Source of the DNA: Rhynchopus sp. YZ270_cl-10
Taxonomy: Eukaryota
Direction: 5' to 3'
Length of the DNA stretch: 64,000 nucleotides
Assembly (NCBI GenBank): GCA_964035575.1
Contig: OZ037833.1
Coordinates: forward strand, 310,001-374,000
The notes beneath the pieces are model-generated. The model saw only the letters and a list, made by a program, of their open reading frames with translations, made no database searches and had not been told where the DNA came from. Positions 63,562-64,000 of the stretch are shown one piece after another (position 1 is the stretch's first letter; each line of letters starts with the position of its first letter). A program made the translations under genes and the position numbers.

Positions 63562-64000
63562 CTAAGATCGTAGAGGAGATGCCCTGCAGTTCAGGAGGAA
63601 GCCTGCCCCTACCTTGACATTGTCAAACACCGAACGGTCTATCGTTTCCAAGGAAACACACCCGGAGAGGAAGGCGCCGCCGACCTGCGTGAGGCTGTGC
63701 AGGCCTGACAGCTCAACGCCCTCCAAAGAGATGCACCCAGAGAGACAGCCGTCTCCAATCTCCCTAACACTGTGCAAACCCGATAGGTCTACAAATGCCA
63801 AAGATTTGCAGTGCGCAAGAAAGTTGCGCCCAATCCGCTGAACCCCACAGAGCTCCGATAGATCCACTGACGTCAACCCTGCACAGCTTAACACGGAGTT
63901 CCCAACCTCTGTTACATCACGCAAACCTGAAAAACATATTGTTTCCAACGCCCTGCAGTCAGAAAGAAAGCTGTCTTCTAACTTCTTTAGACGGTGACAC
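63562..64000 (-). CDS. LRR (BspA-like) protein, 3' part; runs off the window
   Basis: Repeats such as VDLSGLHSVREIGDGCLSGCISL; more divergent than the three UBL-LRR copies. Confidence 0.8.
   Translation of the reverse strand, partial: CHRLKKLEDSFLSDCRALETICFSGLRDVTEVGNSVLSCAGLTSVDLSELCGVQRIGRNFLAHCKSLAFVDLSGLHSVREIGDGCLSGCISLEGVELSGLHSLTQVGGAFLSGCVSLETIDRSVFDNVKVGAGFLLNCRASPLRS

Overview
Eukaryotic nuclear DNA, most likely a euglenozoan with cis-spliced GT-AG introns (diplonemid-like). The evidence is a euglenozoan-type 18S rRNA 3'-end fragment, a PA26-like proteasome activator and GTATG donors. All host genes lie on the minus strand: three paralogous ubiquitin-like + 25-aa LRR genes plus a partial fourth LRR gene, a ~3,140-aa cadherin/IPT-like membrane protein (2 exons), a secreted glycoside-hydrolase-like protein, a PA26/PA28 activator, twinfilin (3 exons), and a 7-exon ~1,725-aa surface protein. 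That last gene is built from tandemly duplicated phase-2 exon+intron modules with a constant framework and mosaic hypervariable patches, and is the most interesting signal in the window. Intergenic and intronic DNA is dense in mobile elements: a two-ORF APE-RT-RNase H non-LTR retroelement bracketed by ~64-bp inverted repeats, an adjacent 4-exon hAT-like transposase with altered catalytic motifs, many nested MITE/foldback elements with readable TIRs and TSDs, and a 3.2-kb intronic foldback made of inverted 9-bp satellite. Gene models and family calls were made by eye; no database search was run.
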